From Eledone cirrhosa (lineage: Eukaryota), in assembly GCA_964016885.1 (NCBI GenBank), contig OZ024743.1:169136001-169200000 (forward strand): a stretch of 64,000 nucleotides of DNA, in the 5' to 3' direction. Of the stretch, positions 37,218 through 50,820 are shown piece after piece (the stretch's first letter is position 1; the number at the start of each line of letters is the position of its first letter). The notes under the pieces were generated by a model, which saw nothing but the letters and a program-made list of their open reading frames with translations, had not been told where the DNA came from and searched no databases. Both the position numbers and the translations under genes were made by a program.

Positions 37218-38421
37218 ATGTTGATATGATCTATGTCTTCTTTTTTTGGTAAGGAGAAAATATTTGTCCCCAGATTTCATTACCTAGGGAGTTTAAATAC
37301 AACACTTCTGGCTGAAAGCTGACCAGGTTCTCAACTTCATCAAACACTAACGCCGGCCTGTGTTTGTATATATATGTGTGTATGTATATGTATGTGTATA
37401 TATGTGTGTATGTATGTATGTATGTGTGTGTATGTTCACCACCATTGCTTCTTCTTGTCATTTCTGTTGAAGTAGTCCTTACTTTCATTCTCTTTGATTT
37501 CTTTTGATTTTCTTTTATCTCCCTAGGGAATTCGTTGACAAACTTCTTTAATTTAATTTCTTTGTTTTCTTCATTCAAATCACTGACTGTCTAAGAGACG
37601 TACAAATATGACTTATAAAACTTACCAAACTAAAAGGGCTTCTAGCGCCCTCAAAGTTTCAAACGCCCCCTTACTGCATAATGCCCCCTAACGCCCCCTT
37701 ACTGCATAACGCCTCCTTGGGGTTACGAAACGCCCCCCTCCACGCAGGGGGGGGGGGCATATGCCCCCCTGTTGAGAACCTTTACTGTAGACCAACAAAT
37801 ACCAAGTAAACGGAGCGTTGACAAGAACGAGGGTGAATGAATCTTCGAAGTAAGCAGTTTCCTCCCGAGCTGTTAGTTCAGGCGGGATTCTCTGCTTCAC
37901 ATTTTCGTAATATTACTGAACAACGTACTGCTGTTCACTCCTTCATCCAAAAGCCCTACAAAGCGAACATGTGCATCGGGTAGATGGATCGAGTGCAAAT
38001 CTACACCCAGCTACGTTAGAACTTGGCAAGGGACTGCACCGAGAGGGATAGAGAGAAAGAGTAACTTAGTGGAAAGAGTGCCAATGAACTTTTGAGGTAA
38101 GTAGCCTACGCCTTACTGCTATGCCACTGGAACCTTCTGCCAACTTAACCTGTGACTTTCTCCCTCACATTTACTCCAAAAAGAATATTTCTATGAACAA
38201 TGCACGTAGACAAATAAACTGTACTTTCAACTTCTTAATCTTCTCCAAATAAAACAAGTTCCCTGTCAGTATATTTTCGTTAGTTTTTAAGAGGCACTCA
38301 CAAATAAACGTTTCTCATTTGAGGTGCTTTTATCAACGTTTTTACCCGTGCAACGCCGGAATACACTGCTAGTACACTATATATCTATATATACTATGTA
38401 CATTACATATATATATATATT

Positions 38422-38539
<118 letters not shown>

Positions 38540-38571
38540 AGATCAAAAGATGGTTAAAGGAGTTCAATATA

Positions 38572-38638
38572 TTTTATTATGCGCATTTCAAAAACAAACA
38601 TCATCAAACAATAATATTTGTGTTTTCATCAGATAAAA
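38572..38638 (-). ncRNA. Type I hammerhead ribozyme (family C)
   Basis: Minus strand: TTTTAT-CTGATGA-stem II-GAAA-TGCGCA-TA-ATAAAA. TCATCAG at 38626-38632. Confidence 0.8.
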
Positions 38639-39213
38639 CAGGAGAACATGATATGAAGGCTAAAAAAACACTTGTTGATAGTGCAGTTTTAAATCAACAT
38701 ATGAAAAGTGGTTTTAGATTGATGTGTGATATTGGGAAAAATATTTTATTTAGAGAGGGGGGGAGAGAAAAGGATGAAAAGGGAAGGAGATGAGAGGGAG
38801 AGATGGGTGATAGAGAGAAAGAGATAGTTTTTATAACAGAGAGGAGATATATTTAATATAGAGGGGTTGAAAGCCGTTGGAAGATACTGTATAAATTAAA
38901 AATTTTTGAAAAATAACGAAGGGAGGATATGTGCGAGGAAAAAATATATTATATTTAGGGAGGGGTGGGGGTGGAAAGGATGAAAAAAAGGGGAGGAGAT
39001 GAGAGTGAAGGTGGAAAGGGAGAGATGGGTGATAGAGAGAAAGAGATAGTTTTTATAACTGAGAAAAAGATATAATGTTTTAATATAGAGAGGTTGGGAA
39101 CCGTTGGAAGATAATGTATAAATTAAAGGAATTTGAAAATTAACGAAGGGAAATTATGTATGGAGATAGAGAGAAAAAAATAACGAAGGGAGATTATGTA
39201 TGGAGATAGAGAG

Positions 39214-39248
<35 letters not shown>

Positions 39249-39283
39249 ATAATAATTGTGGGTGAATATTCACCCACAATTAT

Positions 39284-39321
<38 letters not shown>

Positions 39322-39896
39322 CTCTCTATCTCCATACATAATCTCCCTTCGTTATTTTTTTCTCTCTATCTCCATACATAATTTCCCTTCGTTAATTTTC
39401 AAATTCCTTTAATTTATACATTATCTTCCAACGGTTCCCAACCTCTCTATATTAAAACATTATATCTTTTTCTCAGTTATAAAAACTATCTCTTTCTCTC
39501 TATCACCCATCTCTCCCTTTCCACCTTCACTCTCATCTCCTCCCCTTTTTTTCATCCTTTCCACCCCCACCCCTCCCTAAATATAATATATTTTTTCCTC
39601 GCACATATCCTCCCTTCGTTATTTTTCAAAAATTTTTAATTTATACAGTATCTTCCAACGGCTTTCAACCCCTCTATATTAAATATATCTCCTCTCTGTT
39701 ATAAAAACTATCTCTTTCTCTCTATCACCCATCTCTCCCTCTCATCTCCTTCCCTTTTCATCCTTTTCTCTCCCCCCCTCTCTAAATAAAATATTTTTCC
39801 CAATATCACACATCAATCTAAAACCACTTTTCATATGTTGATTTAAAACTGCACTATCAACAAGTGTTTTTTTAGCCTTCATATCATGTTCTCCTG

Positions 39897-39963
39897 TTTT
39901 ATCTGATGAAAACACAAATATTATTGTTTGATGATGTTTGTTTTTGAAATGCGCATAATAAAA
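39897..39963 (+). ncRNA. Type I hammerhead ribozyme (family C)
   Basis: CTGATGA 39903-39909, GAAA 39946-39949, TGCGCA-TA-ATAAAA. Confidence 0.8.
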
Positions 39964-40086
39964 TATATTGAACTCCTTTAACCATCTTTTGATCTTATAT
40001 TATGCATACTCCAGTCCCACAAACTGTAGAGTGCTTCTTATCCGATATCTGCATTGCTTTATTGTACTACAATAAAACTCACCTCC

Positions 40087-40592
<506 letters not shown>

Positions 40593-40680
40593 TTTTTTTA
40601 TATATATATATATATAGTATATGTATATATATAGTATATATATATAGTATGTATATATATATATATATATGTATATATAC

Positions 40681-41245
40681 AACCTGTCCCATGGTCGGGT
40701 CGTTGGCGACTAAACTGGCAACCCCACCAAGGTTTCTTGGTGAGGAGGGTGACTTTGGACATCCTGCAGGACTAAAAACAAAACCTGTCAAAAGGCAAAG
40801 GAGCTCTTAAGAGTCAATGGCCATCCAAAATCACCGGGAGAGATGACCCCTTAGCCTTTGTCAAGGCAGAATTCTAGGAGAAGGAAAACTCTGATATAAC
40901 ACCTGCAACCCTGATGGTATCCAATGATGTTGACTTGTTCTTCTTTTTGGTAAATATCATCTTGGTTAAGAGAGTGGGACTGGCTTTGTGCAGTGCCTTT
41001 GCTCACTATAAAAGCTTCACGGCACAGGCATTGCTTTATATCTGGAGATCTCTCTGCATTTGTCGTCACATGGTACCATGGGCCCAGCACTATGTGTCAA
41101 TAATTGTCACAAGTGTAGTGTTTGTACCAGAGCTTTCAAGTCGCTGGCTGGACTAAAAAGTCACACTCGTTCAGCGCATCAGTAGGGGTTCTCCTACATG
41201 GATATAAAGTAGTGGCCGTACTCGAAAACGAGTTGGCAGCCACCA
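40681..41245 (+). mobile_element. Internally deleted RTE-like LINE (5' UTR fused to 3' end)
   Basis: 5' UTR-like GTCGTTGGCGACTAAACTGGCAACCCCACC...TTAAGAGTCAA. The 3' end encodes C2H2 CSVCTRAFKSLAGLKSHTRSAH*, as in RTE C-termini. Confidence 0.55.
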
Positions 41246-41426
41246 TGTATATATATACATATATATATATGTAATATAGTATATATATAGTGCATATATA
41301 TATATATATATAGTATATATATATATATAGTATATATAGTATATATACAGTATATATATATAGTATGAAAATTGACACGTTAAGATCTCCTTCCTGGATA
41401 TGTCAATATTTATGAAACAAACTTTG

Positions 41427-41487
41427 TATTTTATGTGATGAGTGCGTAGCAAAATTTTGGTATCCTTGAAATATATATAATAGAATA
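41427..41487 (+). ncRNA. Hammerhead ribozyme, family B, core mutated (GTGATGA)
   Basis: Aligns to the 9093 copy. C3 is replaced by G at 41435. GAAA at 41468. Confidence 0.6.
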
Positions 41488-41685
41488 TATATGGTTTTAT
41501 AAATATAGTTTCCATTTATAAATGCCATTGATATATATACTATATATATATATATATATGCAGAAGTTATATTTAATTTGTTGGGATTCCAACAAGCTTC
41601 AAAGTTTATAACTGACATAAAGCACTCAACTGATTACTGGAGTAAATATTCAAAAAATTGAAACTATATTTATAAAACCATAATT

Positions 41686-41749
41686 ATTTTATTATATATA
41701 TTTCAAGGACAATTAAGGCATTCTTGGTGCGCTTTCATCAGATAAAATA
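41686..41749 (-). ncRNA. Type I hammerhead ribozyme (family B)
   Basis: TTTC 41701-41704 and TCATCAG 41735-41741. Minus strand reads GAAA-TATATA-TA-ATAAAA. Confidence 0.8.
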
Positions 41750-41830
41750 CAAGAGTTGTTTTATAAAGATTGACATAACAGTTAAGGTTTTTTTTCCACG
41801 GTTATGTCAAGATTTATAAAACAAATCTTG

Positions 41831-41895
41831 TATTTTATCTGATGAAAGCGCACCAAGAATGCCTTGGTTGTCCTTGAAATATATATAATAAAATA
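41831..41895 (+). ncRNA. Type I hammerhead ribozyme (family B)
   Basis: TATTTTAT-CTGATGA(41839)-ACCAAG/CTTGGT stem-GAAA(41876)-TATATA-TA-ATAAAATA. Confidence 0.83.
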
Positions 41896-41936
41896 ATTAT
41901 GGTTTTATAAATATAGTTTCCATTTATTAATATATT

Positions 41937-41967
<31 letters not shown>

Positions 41968-41972
<5 letters not shown>

Positions 41973-42180
41973 GTCTTGCCCAAGGACATAACGTATCGCA
42001 CGGTCCAGGAATCGAACTCACAACCTGACGATTGAGAGTTTAATTCTCTTACCACTCAGCCACGCGCCTTCACGTTCTCCTTCTACCTGGAGTTGCGACC
42101 GATAGATAGTATTAGCAATTGGAAAGACCAATGGAAACATTGTTTCCACGGTCCGATTTGACGAACGTCAATCGGCTAAA
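41968..42180. mobile_element. SINE (third family) with 5' half inverted relative to 3' half
   Basis: 41968-42072 is the reverse complement of the tRNA head seen at 40413. 42070-42180 is the forward 3' part. Confidence 0.75.
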
Positions 42181-42183
42181 ATA

Positions 42184-42263
<80 letters not shown>

Positions 42264-42427
42264 ATATTTAGAAACACACAGATACATGCGGACACACACA
42301 TATACATGAATGCATCCACATCCAACCGTGAGTTAATGGTACCAACCTCACCGATGTTGCTCTATGAATGACTGGGACAGACCAATCCGGTTGAATCAGA
42401 CTGAACTAGTATCAGAGCTAAAAGTAC

Positions 42428-42841
42428 ATTATGAAGAGAGAAGAAACATTTAGATATAATTAGTAATAAAATGTATCATACCTAAACTGCTCCTAGATTC
42501 CTCGACTACGTAGTTTCGTAGTATAAACAAAAACAATACATCATAAAGATATAGAGTTTTTGCGAGGTCTGCCGACTTATCAAGAGGATACTTCGTTTTA
42601 CTAGCTTCAAGAATGCGTCTATATGATGCGAGAAAGAATCCCAAAAGGCAGAGGGGGAGATAGTCACGTGTTACAACGGTCAAGAAACAGAGCTAAGCCT
42701 CTTATAACCCCGAAGAAAATACCATGATGTATTGTTTTTGTTTATGCCACGAAACTACGTAGTCGAGGAATCTAGGAGCAGTTTAGGTATGATACATTTT
42801 ATTACTAATTATATCTAAATGTTTCTTCTCTCTTCATAATA
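42428..42841. repeat. Inverted repeat (~115-bp arms) carrying hammerhead 3' halves
   Basis: Arms 42428-42545 and 42724-42841. Each has GAAAC-TACGTA-GTC facing outward. Confidence 0.85.
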
Positions 42842-42857
42842 TATATATATATATATA

Positions 42858-45012
42858 TATAATAAAAAATTGAACAGGGACAGAACAGAGAGGCAGTACG
42901 ACAAATGTTTATTAGATTCACGCTCAGGAGAGTGGGGGGTAGGTGGAGGACGACGTTTCGGGCATAAGCCCTTCTTCAGGTAAGAGTTCAAAAGGTGTGT
43001 AGAGGAGTGGTGGAGAGACATATAGCGAAAGGAAACGGTGCGAATGAAAAATTAACAAATAAAGACAAAAATATAATAAATAATAAATAAAAATAAAGCA
43101 TGATCAAAATACAAGGAATGAGAACATTTAAAAATAAAGGCATGATCAAAATAAACTGAAATTAAAAGGGGGGTAAACAGGTGGTGGAAGGGTGTGGGGT
43201 GAGTAGAGGTGGAGGCGGGTGGAGTGGGGAGAGGGATACGGGGTGTCCGAGCGGGGAGGGCTGAAGGTGGTGTGTGTGGTTAGGTGTGCGTGTGTGTGTG
43301 TGTGTGTGTATGTGAAAGTGAGGGTTGGGGGAAGAACGGGGTTGCATGTTCAGGAAGGTGTGTGTGGGGGTGTTTTTGTGTGTCGGAGGGTCTGTGCGTG
43401 TGTGGATAGGGGGTGGGGGGAGAGGAATCAGGGGGCTGAGGGTGTAAATATGTGGTGGGAAGCACGTGTGTGTGGTTTAAGCGTGTTGTGGGTGTGGGTG
43501 GCGTGTGGATAAAACAATTTGTTTTGGGATGTGTGTGTGGGTGAGTTATATAGGTGATGGTGTTAGAGGATGGTTGAAAGTGGTAAGTTACACGGATGTA
43601 TGGAGATTTTGGTTGGAAGTCAAAACGCGTGTGGGTAATCCAAGAAGCGGTGGTCGGAAGAGGAGAGATGTGGGGTGCGCGCGCAACAGGAAGTGGTCAG
43701 CAGTGGAAGTGCTGTGGTCAGTTGGTGCTGAGACAGTGGTCGGAAGGGCATAGCAGCAGTCAGCGGAATGGTAGGGAGGCGAGGATGGGTAGGTGTGAGA
43801 GTTGGAGTGAGGAGGGTGTGTGTGTGTGTGTGTGTGTATTAGTAGGGGTGTTAGTGGGATGAGTGAGTGTGGAGTGGGGAGAGAAGGGTGTGTGTGGTTC
43901 TATGGAGGGAGTGTGGTGTACTGGTGTGTGTGTAGTTTGGTGAGGAGGTGTTAGTGGGTGTTAGTAGACGGGAGGTGGGGAGGGGTGGAATGCAGGGGTT
44001 AGTGGGGGTAGGGTGTGTAGAGTTGGTGGTGTACGAGGGTGTGTGGGTACGTGTGCGTGGGTTGGAGGGTGTTAGTGATGTTAGTTGCGTGTGGGGTGGG
44101 TGGTGTAAGTGTGTGCGTGTGATAAGGAGGGGGGAGGAGGAGAAGAGGGGAGGGAAGGGATGTTAGTATGTTAGTTGGGGAAGGGTGGTTAGATGAGGGG
44201 TGGAGTGGAGGTGTTAGTATTGTTAGTGTGGGGTGGGCGGTGAAAAGGAGGGGTGTGTTAGTGGTGTTAGTGGGGGATAAGTGGGGGAGGGGGGCGGTCG
44301 AACGCTAAAGGAATAAGGGTGGGGAGTTCAGGCCGGGGGGAGTGTGGGTCTGTAAGAGGAAGATAGTACGTTGTTCGACCGTGAGGCGATGGGCGGGTGT
44401 TCCGTGGCACTGGAGTAGGCCACAGACTGTGAGATGGTGTGCGGAGTGTCCAGGGCCACCAAAGTGGCGGGCGATGGGGGAACTGCCCCCGAGACGAATG
44501 TCCCGGAGGTGCTCCGTAACTCGGTCCGCCAGGCGGCGTCCCGTCTGTCCGACATAAGTCGCGCTGCACCCCGTGCAACGAAGTCCGTAGACTAGGTTGG
44601 AGGAGGTGCAGCGGAAGGCATGCCGGACCGAGAGAGGGTGGCCGTTGGGACCCTGGAAGGTGGTGGTGTTGGTGATGTGGGGACAGGTGTTGCAGCGGGG
44701 CCTAGAACAGGGGAAGGAACCGGGAGGGAAACGGAGCGTGGGTTGGGGGGTAGGGAGCTGTGGACGAGGAGGGTGCGGAGATTGCGTGCGCGTTTGAAGG
44801 AGGGGAGTGGTGGGGTTGGGAAGATGTGGGAGGTGGAGGGGTCGGACTGGAGGTGTCGGAAGAGGCGGCGGATGGTGCGGTGGAGGGGTAAGGTGGAGGG
44901 GTGGTAGGTGATGGGGAAGGGGAGACGGTGGGTGGGTGTGCGGTGGCGTGGGGTGAGGGTGGTAGAGCGGGGGATAGCACGGGCGCGGGTGAGAGCGGTG
45001 TGGACGAGAGAG

Positions 45013-45015
<3 letters not shown>
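42858..45015 (-). mobile_element. Neptune-like PLE, 3' portion (linker zinc finger + GIY-YIG + long CA-rich 3' UTR), between (TA)n runs
   Basis: RLPFPITYHP...FKRARNLRTLLVHSSL; CSRPRCNTCPH...FRCTSSNLVYGLRCTGCSATYVGQTGRRLADRVTEH. Terminal HHR. Confidence 0.88.
42948..42983 (-). ncRNA. Minimal hammerhead ribozyme (Neptune-type)
   Basis: Minus strand: CTGAAGA-AGGGC-TTAT-GCCC-GAAAC-GTC. Stem I is short. Confidence 0.7.
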
Positions 45016-45107
<92 letters not shown>

Positions 45108-45256
45108 CAAACAGTTAAGGATCTAGTTAATGTAGGAGGTGAGTTTTATTGTAGCACCATAAAGCAATGCAAATATCGGATAAGTACCACTCTACAGTTT
45201 GTAGGACTGGAGTATAAATAATATAAGATAAAAAGATGGTTAAAAGAGTTCCATGT

Positions 45257-45321
45257 ATTTTATTATGCGCATTTCAAAAACAAATATCATCATGGAATGA
45301 TATCTGCGTTGTCATCAGATA
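45257..45321 (-). ncRNA. Type I hammerhead ribozyme (family C)
   Basis: TTTC 45272-45275, TCATCAG 45312-45318, TGCGCA palindrome. Stem I is shortened by a deletion. Confidence 0.7.
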
Positions 45322-48013
45322 GGGAGACATGATATGAAGCTTAAAAAACACTTGTGAATAGTGAAGTTTTAAATTGTAAAAATGACCAAACCATTCCTCC
45401 CAAGAACTCCGAGGATAAATCTCAAGGATCATAAAAGTAATTTTCGAACGGAACTGCTTCTGAGACTAATCGCCCCCTCTAAATCAGATCTTGGGGTTGT
45501 TAGTAAAGTCATCTGGAATAGAATTATTCCACAGGTTCGTTCTAATTGCTCTATTTCTAACTTAAATGTATGGTTTGTTACATCTGAAGTAATTGGCTAG
45601 TTCAACAACCTGAATAAGAAAAACAAACAAAAATTTATTCAATTTGATATTGCCAGCTACTATTCTTCTATTTCCCCTTCACTTCTCAACAAAGCTCTAT
45701 CTTTCGCATTTAAATATTCTGACATCACCAAAGATGAACTTTACATCATTCTCACCACAAGAAAAACTATCATAGAATTCAACAGTGAATACTTTGATAT
45801 CACAATGGGTGCTTCCGATTCATGGCAATTGACTGATTTGATTGGTATCTTTATTTTGAATTCTTTAAATCGGAAAATTCCTCAACTTCGCGGTGGAATT
45901 TATCGTGACGATGGACTTTTAACTATCTTAAACTGCAACTTAGTTAACCTTAATATTAATAAGAACAATATACGTGATCTCTTTAAGCAACATAACCTTA
46001 AAATTGAATTTGATAACAACGTGTAACTAGCTAACTTCTTGGATATATCCCTTAATCTTGTCACAGGCCTATATTACCCTTACCATAAAAACAATGAGAA
46101 TCTAAATTATGTTAATTTTAAATCTAACCACCCCACTAACATTAAAAATGCTATAGTCAGTAATATTGAAAAAAGAATCTCAAACCTATCCTCTAATAAA
46201 GATATCTTCGATGCCAACGCCAATTACTATAATAATGCGCTTTCTAAAGCCGGTTATCCTGATAAAATTAAATAGAGTACAAAACAAATTCTAGAAGGTC
46301 TTATAGTAAAATAATTAATTATGAACATTCAATAACTTTAATAATAGACCTAGATACAAAAATATAACCTGGTATAATGCTCCTTTCTCTATATCTATTA
46401 ATAATAATATTCCTAAACTATTCTTTAGGGCCTTAGATAAATTGTAATTGCCCTATTAAAACTAAATGTCCTCTTAATAACCATTGTCTTGATAAAAACT
46501 TAGTCTATGAATGTAAGGTTATAACTGATACCAATTCCTTTACCTATTTCGGTTCCACTTCCACTTCCTTCAAAGCTAGATTTTATAATCACAATTCGTC
46601 TTTTAAATACCAACTTAAAAGAACTAACACGACACTCTCGGAACTCATATGGTCCTTGAAAGACAAAAATATTAACTATAACATCTCTTGGAGGAAGGTT
46701 TGTTCTGCCTTTCCTTACCTGAATTCTTCCCTATCCAGAACATGTAATCTCTGCCTAGCCGAGAAATTTACCATTATATCTAATTTCAATTCTATAATAA
46801 ATAGACGCATGGATTTATTTTCTCTCTGCTTGCATAAACTCCACAGAACATTCCATAAAGTATACGCTAATATCTAATACCTTACTAGTTTAAAATCCTT
46901 TTTACAAATATACCCATCTTTCTACCTTATTTCAATATTATATATTATATAATACAATTTACACATTCTATATCATTCCTCTTTATCATTTTCCTTTCTT
47001 CCTTTTTTTCTTTTTAATTTCTAACCTCTAATCTGTACTTTTTCTTCCCAACTACTTCCCAATTCTTATTACTAGCCACCACAACATTATCCATTCTTCC
47101 ATCTTTCCTCATATCATTGACCATAAAAATTATTTTTTTAATACATTATAATATTATCATTAGAAGTCCTTCGTAAACATATACATTTTTTGACGTTAGA
47201 TTTTTTTCTTCCTTAAATTTTTCATATCTCTTCTCTCCTTTCATGCTCGTTTTAAACTACTACTTAATTTGACTTTTACATATTACAATACATAAAAACA
47301 AGCTTAAACCCTAACTAATTTCTGTTAATATATTATATTATTACCATTAGAAAATATTTCGTAAACATATATACTTTTTGATGTTAGATATTTTCTTCCC
47401 TAAACATTCTTTTCTTCTTTCCTTCCGCGCTCATTTTAAACAAACTATTTACGTACACATATTACATTACATAAAAACAAACTTAAACCCTAACTAATTC
47501 CTCTAAATTCATAACTCATTCATTCTTCTCCTTCTTTTCACATTATATACTTAATATCATTACATTTTTATTTTAATAATACATATTAATAAATTCTTTT
47601 CTTCGCACATATTATTAAACCCTTCAATATACAAATCTTAATTTACTACTATTCTTAATTCCTTTTTCTTCATGCATAAACCTCATTAACTTTTAATTTC
47701 AAAATCTTTTAAATTATCTATTGTTTTCCAACGGCTTTTTAATTTCTCTCTGTGAGACAATATATTTTCTTCTCAGTTGTAAAAGCTATCTCTCTCTCTC
47801 TATCACCCATCTCTCCCCCTCTCTCATCCATCCTTCTTATACTCCTCCCCCACCATCCTTTACTCTCATTTCTTCCTTCTCCTTACCTTTTCCACACACA
47901 CACCCCCCTCACCTTTTCCCAATCTCATACATCAATCTTAATTTATTTTTCATATGTTGATTTAAAACTTCAATATTCACAAGTGTTTTTTACGCTTCAT
48001 ATCATGTCTCCTT

Positions 48014-48082
48014 ATTTTATCTGATGAGAACGCAGATATCATCCCATGATGATATGTGTATTTGAAATGCGCATAATAAAAT
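48014..48082 (+). ncRNA. Type I hammerhead ribozyme (family C)
   Basis: ATTTTAT-CTGATGA(48021)-ATATCAT/ATGATAT stem-GAAA(48064)-TGCGCA-TA-ATAAAAT. Confidence 0.85.
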
Positions 48083-48112
48083 GCTTGGAACTCTTTAACC
48101 ATCTTTTGATCT

Positions 48113-48145
<33 letters not shown>

Positions 48146-48263
48146 AATAAAAAATGGCGAGCTGTGTTGTTGCATTTAAGTATAAAAAATGAAGAATTAG
48201 AAATAGAAGTTAGGAATATCCATCATCAGTTGTCTACTATGCATCATAGGTTCATTACTTATA

Positions 48264-48294
<31 letters not shown>

Positions 48295-48317
48295 CTATAT
48301 ATATATATATATATATA

Positions 48318-48351
<34 letters not shown>

Positions 48352-48507
48352 TATATGTATATATATATATATACCTTTAGGTTTGTTGGTTCACCACTGG
48401 ATAGAACTGATCATTCCGTATCGTCAATCCTGGTGTAATATCGTGAAGAGTACTCAACGCAGTACCCATCTTCGTTTGAGTAGTTGGTGGAGCGAATACG
48501 CAGTTAA

Positions 48508-49405
48508 TCTATATATATAAAACTGTGGTTGTCTGTCTGTCTATCGATTTTTGGCACACATCTCCTCTTAGAATCTCTCACGGAATTGCACCGAAATTGC
48601 TATACTTGTACATTGAGCCCTAGCGAAGACATCGGAAAAAAAAAATTTCAAATTGACCCGCCCTATGTGACGAAATTGAATATAATGTATTGATTTTTGA
48701 GCGTAAGTTATCAGTTATTTCCCTTTGTTCTGTTTACATTGAGCGTCTTACGTAAAAAATTACGCTGGCTTTAACAGTTGTCGAGCCAGCAAAATATTGA
48801 CCTGCAAAATTCATCAGTTCGAACACTAAGCTTCCGTTTTGCTTCATTTCCATTTAAAAGCATTTTAAAACAATATTTTTACTTAAAAACAAGTCTATTT
48901 AAAGACTACGTAAAACAAGCAAATATTTTGTCGTTAGGCGTGCAGACAGAAAGTCGTGCAGAGAGGTGATATACGCGTGCAGACAGACAGTCGTGCAGAG
49001 AGGTGATATAGGCGTGCAGACAGACAGTCGTGCAGAGAGGTGATATAGGCGTGCAGACAGACAGTCGTGCAGAGAGGTGATATAGGCGTGCAGACAGACA
49101 TAACTGATAATTTGGTTACGCTAATGTTTTTCTCTGCGTTGCAGTGTTTACATTTTCGATTTTTGTTAATAAATAACCAGTGCAGTTTCTATCCCCAGCA
49201 TCCTCTTTTGTTATAACATTCGGGTTATCGTTATGTTTTCTTAACTTCATAAGGCATATTGTTGGTTGAGGGAATATTAATCAAAAACACCACATGCAAG
49301 TCTGCACAGTAGACACTACAGTTTTTAAGCCAAAAAAGAAACTTAACATTGTAACTTTAACACAGCTACTGAGCGACCCCGAGCAACGCCGGGCTTTACT
49401 GCTAG
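48508..49405 (+). mobile_element. Non-autonomous Helitron
   Basis: A|TCTATATATATAAAA start, 3' hairpin CCCGAGCAACGCCGGG then CTAG|T. No TSD. Confidence 0.8.
48937..49100 (+). repeat. 37-bp minisatellite, ~4.4 copies, inside the Helitron
   Basis: GGCGTGCAGACAGACAGTCGTGCAGAGAGGTGATATA repeated head to tail with no spacers. Confidence 0.95.
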
Positions 49406-49446
49406 TTATTAATAAAATAAAATAACAGGAGGCTGGACTGTTTATT

Positions 49447-49503
49447 ATACTATGATCATTTCATTGACCGGGTTCCATATGAATCGGTGATATCATCAGG
49501 TAT
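49447..49503 (-). ncRNA. Type I hammerhead ribozyme (family D)
   Basis: Minus strand: ATAC-CTGATGA-stem II-GAAA-TGATCA-TA-GTAT. TCATCAG at 49493-49499. Confidence 0.8.
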
Positions 49504-50762
49504 TGGAATATATCAAAGGAATATGTAAAATAAACATCCCTAGTTATTTACCTTTATTAATTTTTTTTATTATTTCATTAATGTACATTTTATTTTTTTT
49601 TTATTATTTTATTAATGTATTTTTATTAATGTATTCTATCTTTATATTTGTATTTTATCTTTGTATCCTGCTTTTATTATTTTTTTGTAACTTTCCATAC
49701 TCAGGTCATTATGCACCTTTCATAGCCCCCTACCCACCTAAGAACCACACTACATATAACCCGGACTAACTGGGACTTTAAAATAATTTTGGGTTTTGCA
49801 CTTTTCATTGGGTTGCTACATTCGACTTGTGTGGTGGCTTTTCCCGGATGCGCGCTGGGCACTCGGAAAAATATATTTCTCCTCTTTCGGTAAACGAAAT
49901 TACTCGGAGCGGATTGCTTTGCCCCTCTCCCACCGCGCTGCCTGTTTTGGCCGCCATATTATACTTATGCCTATAAACTCCAGGTATATCATGCCTCTAC
50001 TAGCACATAAATAAATCCCTCATGTGTCATTTAATAATATTCCTTTGGTATAGACGATGGCCTGTCGAAATTGTGGAGTTCCCGCTAGCGCGCCCGGGGC
50101 CTAAGGTAGCTACGTTCCTAGAGTACTCGGAAAAATTAATTTCCATTTCTTTCGCTGGACGATACCACTCGAGACTGGATGACTCATGGTGGGGGGAGGG
50201 TGCTGGCTGGGACTCGCAATCGAAATCTTTACTCTATATCCCATCCTAATATCTTATCGAGATAAATTTTTTCATATAAGACTCTCTCCATAAGTTCATT
50301 AAATAAATCTCGCTACTTTAACCTTTAATTTTCTAATAACTTATTTTTCAATTTATCATTTTGCAATTTAATATTTTTAATTTAATTTAATTTCATCCTA
50401 TAACTCGCCACATAAGTTTAACGTTCTAATCTTCGGTTCACACATTAGACCATACAGACACCCATTATAGATTCTTTGGAGTACCATTTTTTCGCAGCAT
50501 TTTCTAGCATGAATGTAGTGTGACCCTTACGCTGACTTCTTTCTCCCTTTATTTATTTCTTCCCCGTTTTCTTTGACGGAGAAGTGGTAGTGCATTATAA
50601 GCCTTCGCCTCCTCACCAGATGTTCATTAGTAGATTCAGTTGCCACCACTTTGAAGGCGACTGGCCGAGATAAAGGCAGCTAGTTGGTCGGTCGTCCTCT
50701 TTGTCTCTGTCTCTGATTTTTCGGACCCATGGATTTTTTACATATTCCTTTGTTATATTCCA

Positions 50763-50820
50763 ATACCTGATGATATCACTGGATTCATATGGAACCCGGT
50801 CATTGAAATGATCATAGTAT
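50763..50820 (+). ncRNA. Type I hammerhead ribozyme (family D)
   Basis: ATAC-CTGATGA(50767)-ACTGG..TTCATATGGAA..CCGGT-GAAA(50805)-TGATCA-TA-GTAT. Confidence 0.82.

Larger units (their letters stand above)
45108..48120 (+). mobile_element. Nematis-like PLE with inverted 5' pLTR tail and 3' pLTR (family C)
   Basis: INLKDHKSNF, LRLIAPSKSDLG, FDITMGASDS, GGIYRDDG, YVNFKSNHP, CLDKNLVYECKV..YFGSTST, CNLCLAEK. Inverted pLTR at 45108-45375; direct pLTR at 47700-48120. Confidence 0.9.

Noticed and set aside
38345-38372. Helitron-type 3' end (CCCGTGCAACGCCGG...CTAG|T)
   Set aside because: No matching 5' terminus could be located, so the element boundaries are not supportable.
48937-49100. 37-bp repeats resembling a CRISPR array
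   Set aside because: The repeats are contiguous with no unique spacers, lie inside a eukaryotic Helitron, and no cas genes are present.
49796-50249. Two short ORFs inside the ribozyme-bounded element
   Set aside because: Non-ATG or short frames with no domain motif, so there is no support for coding.
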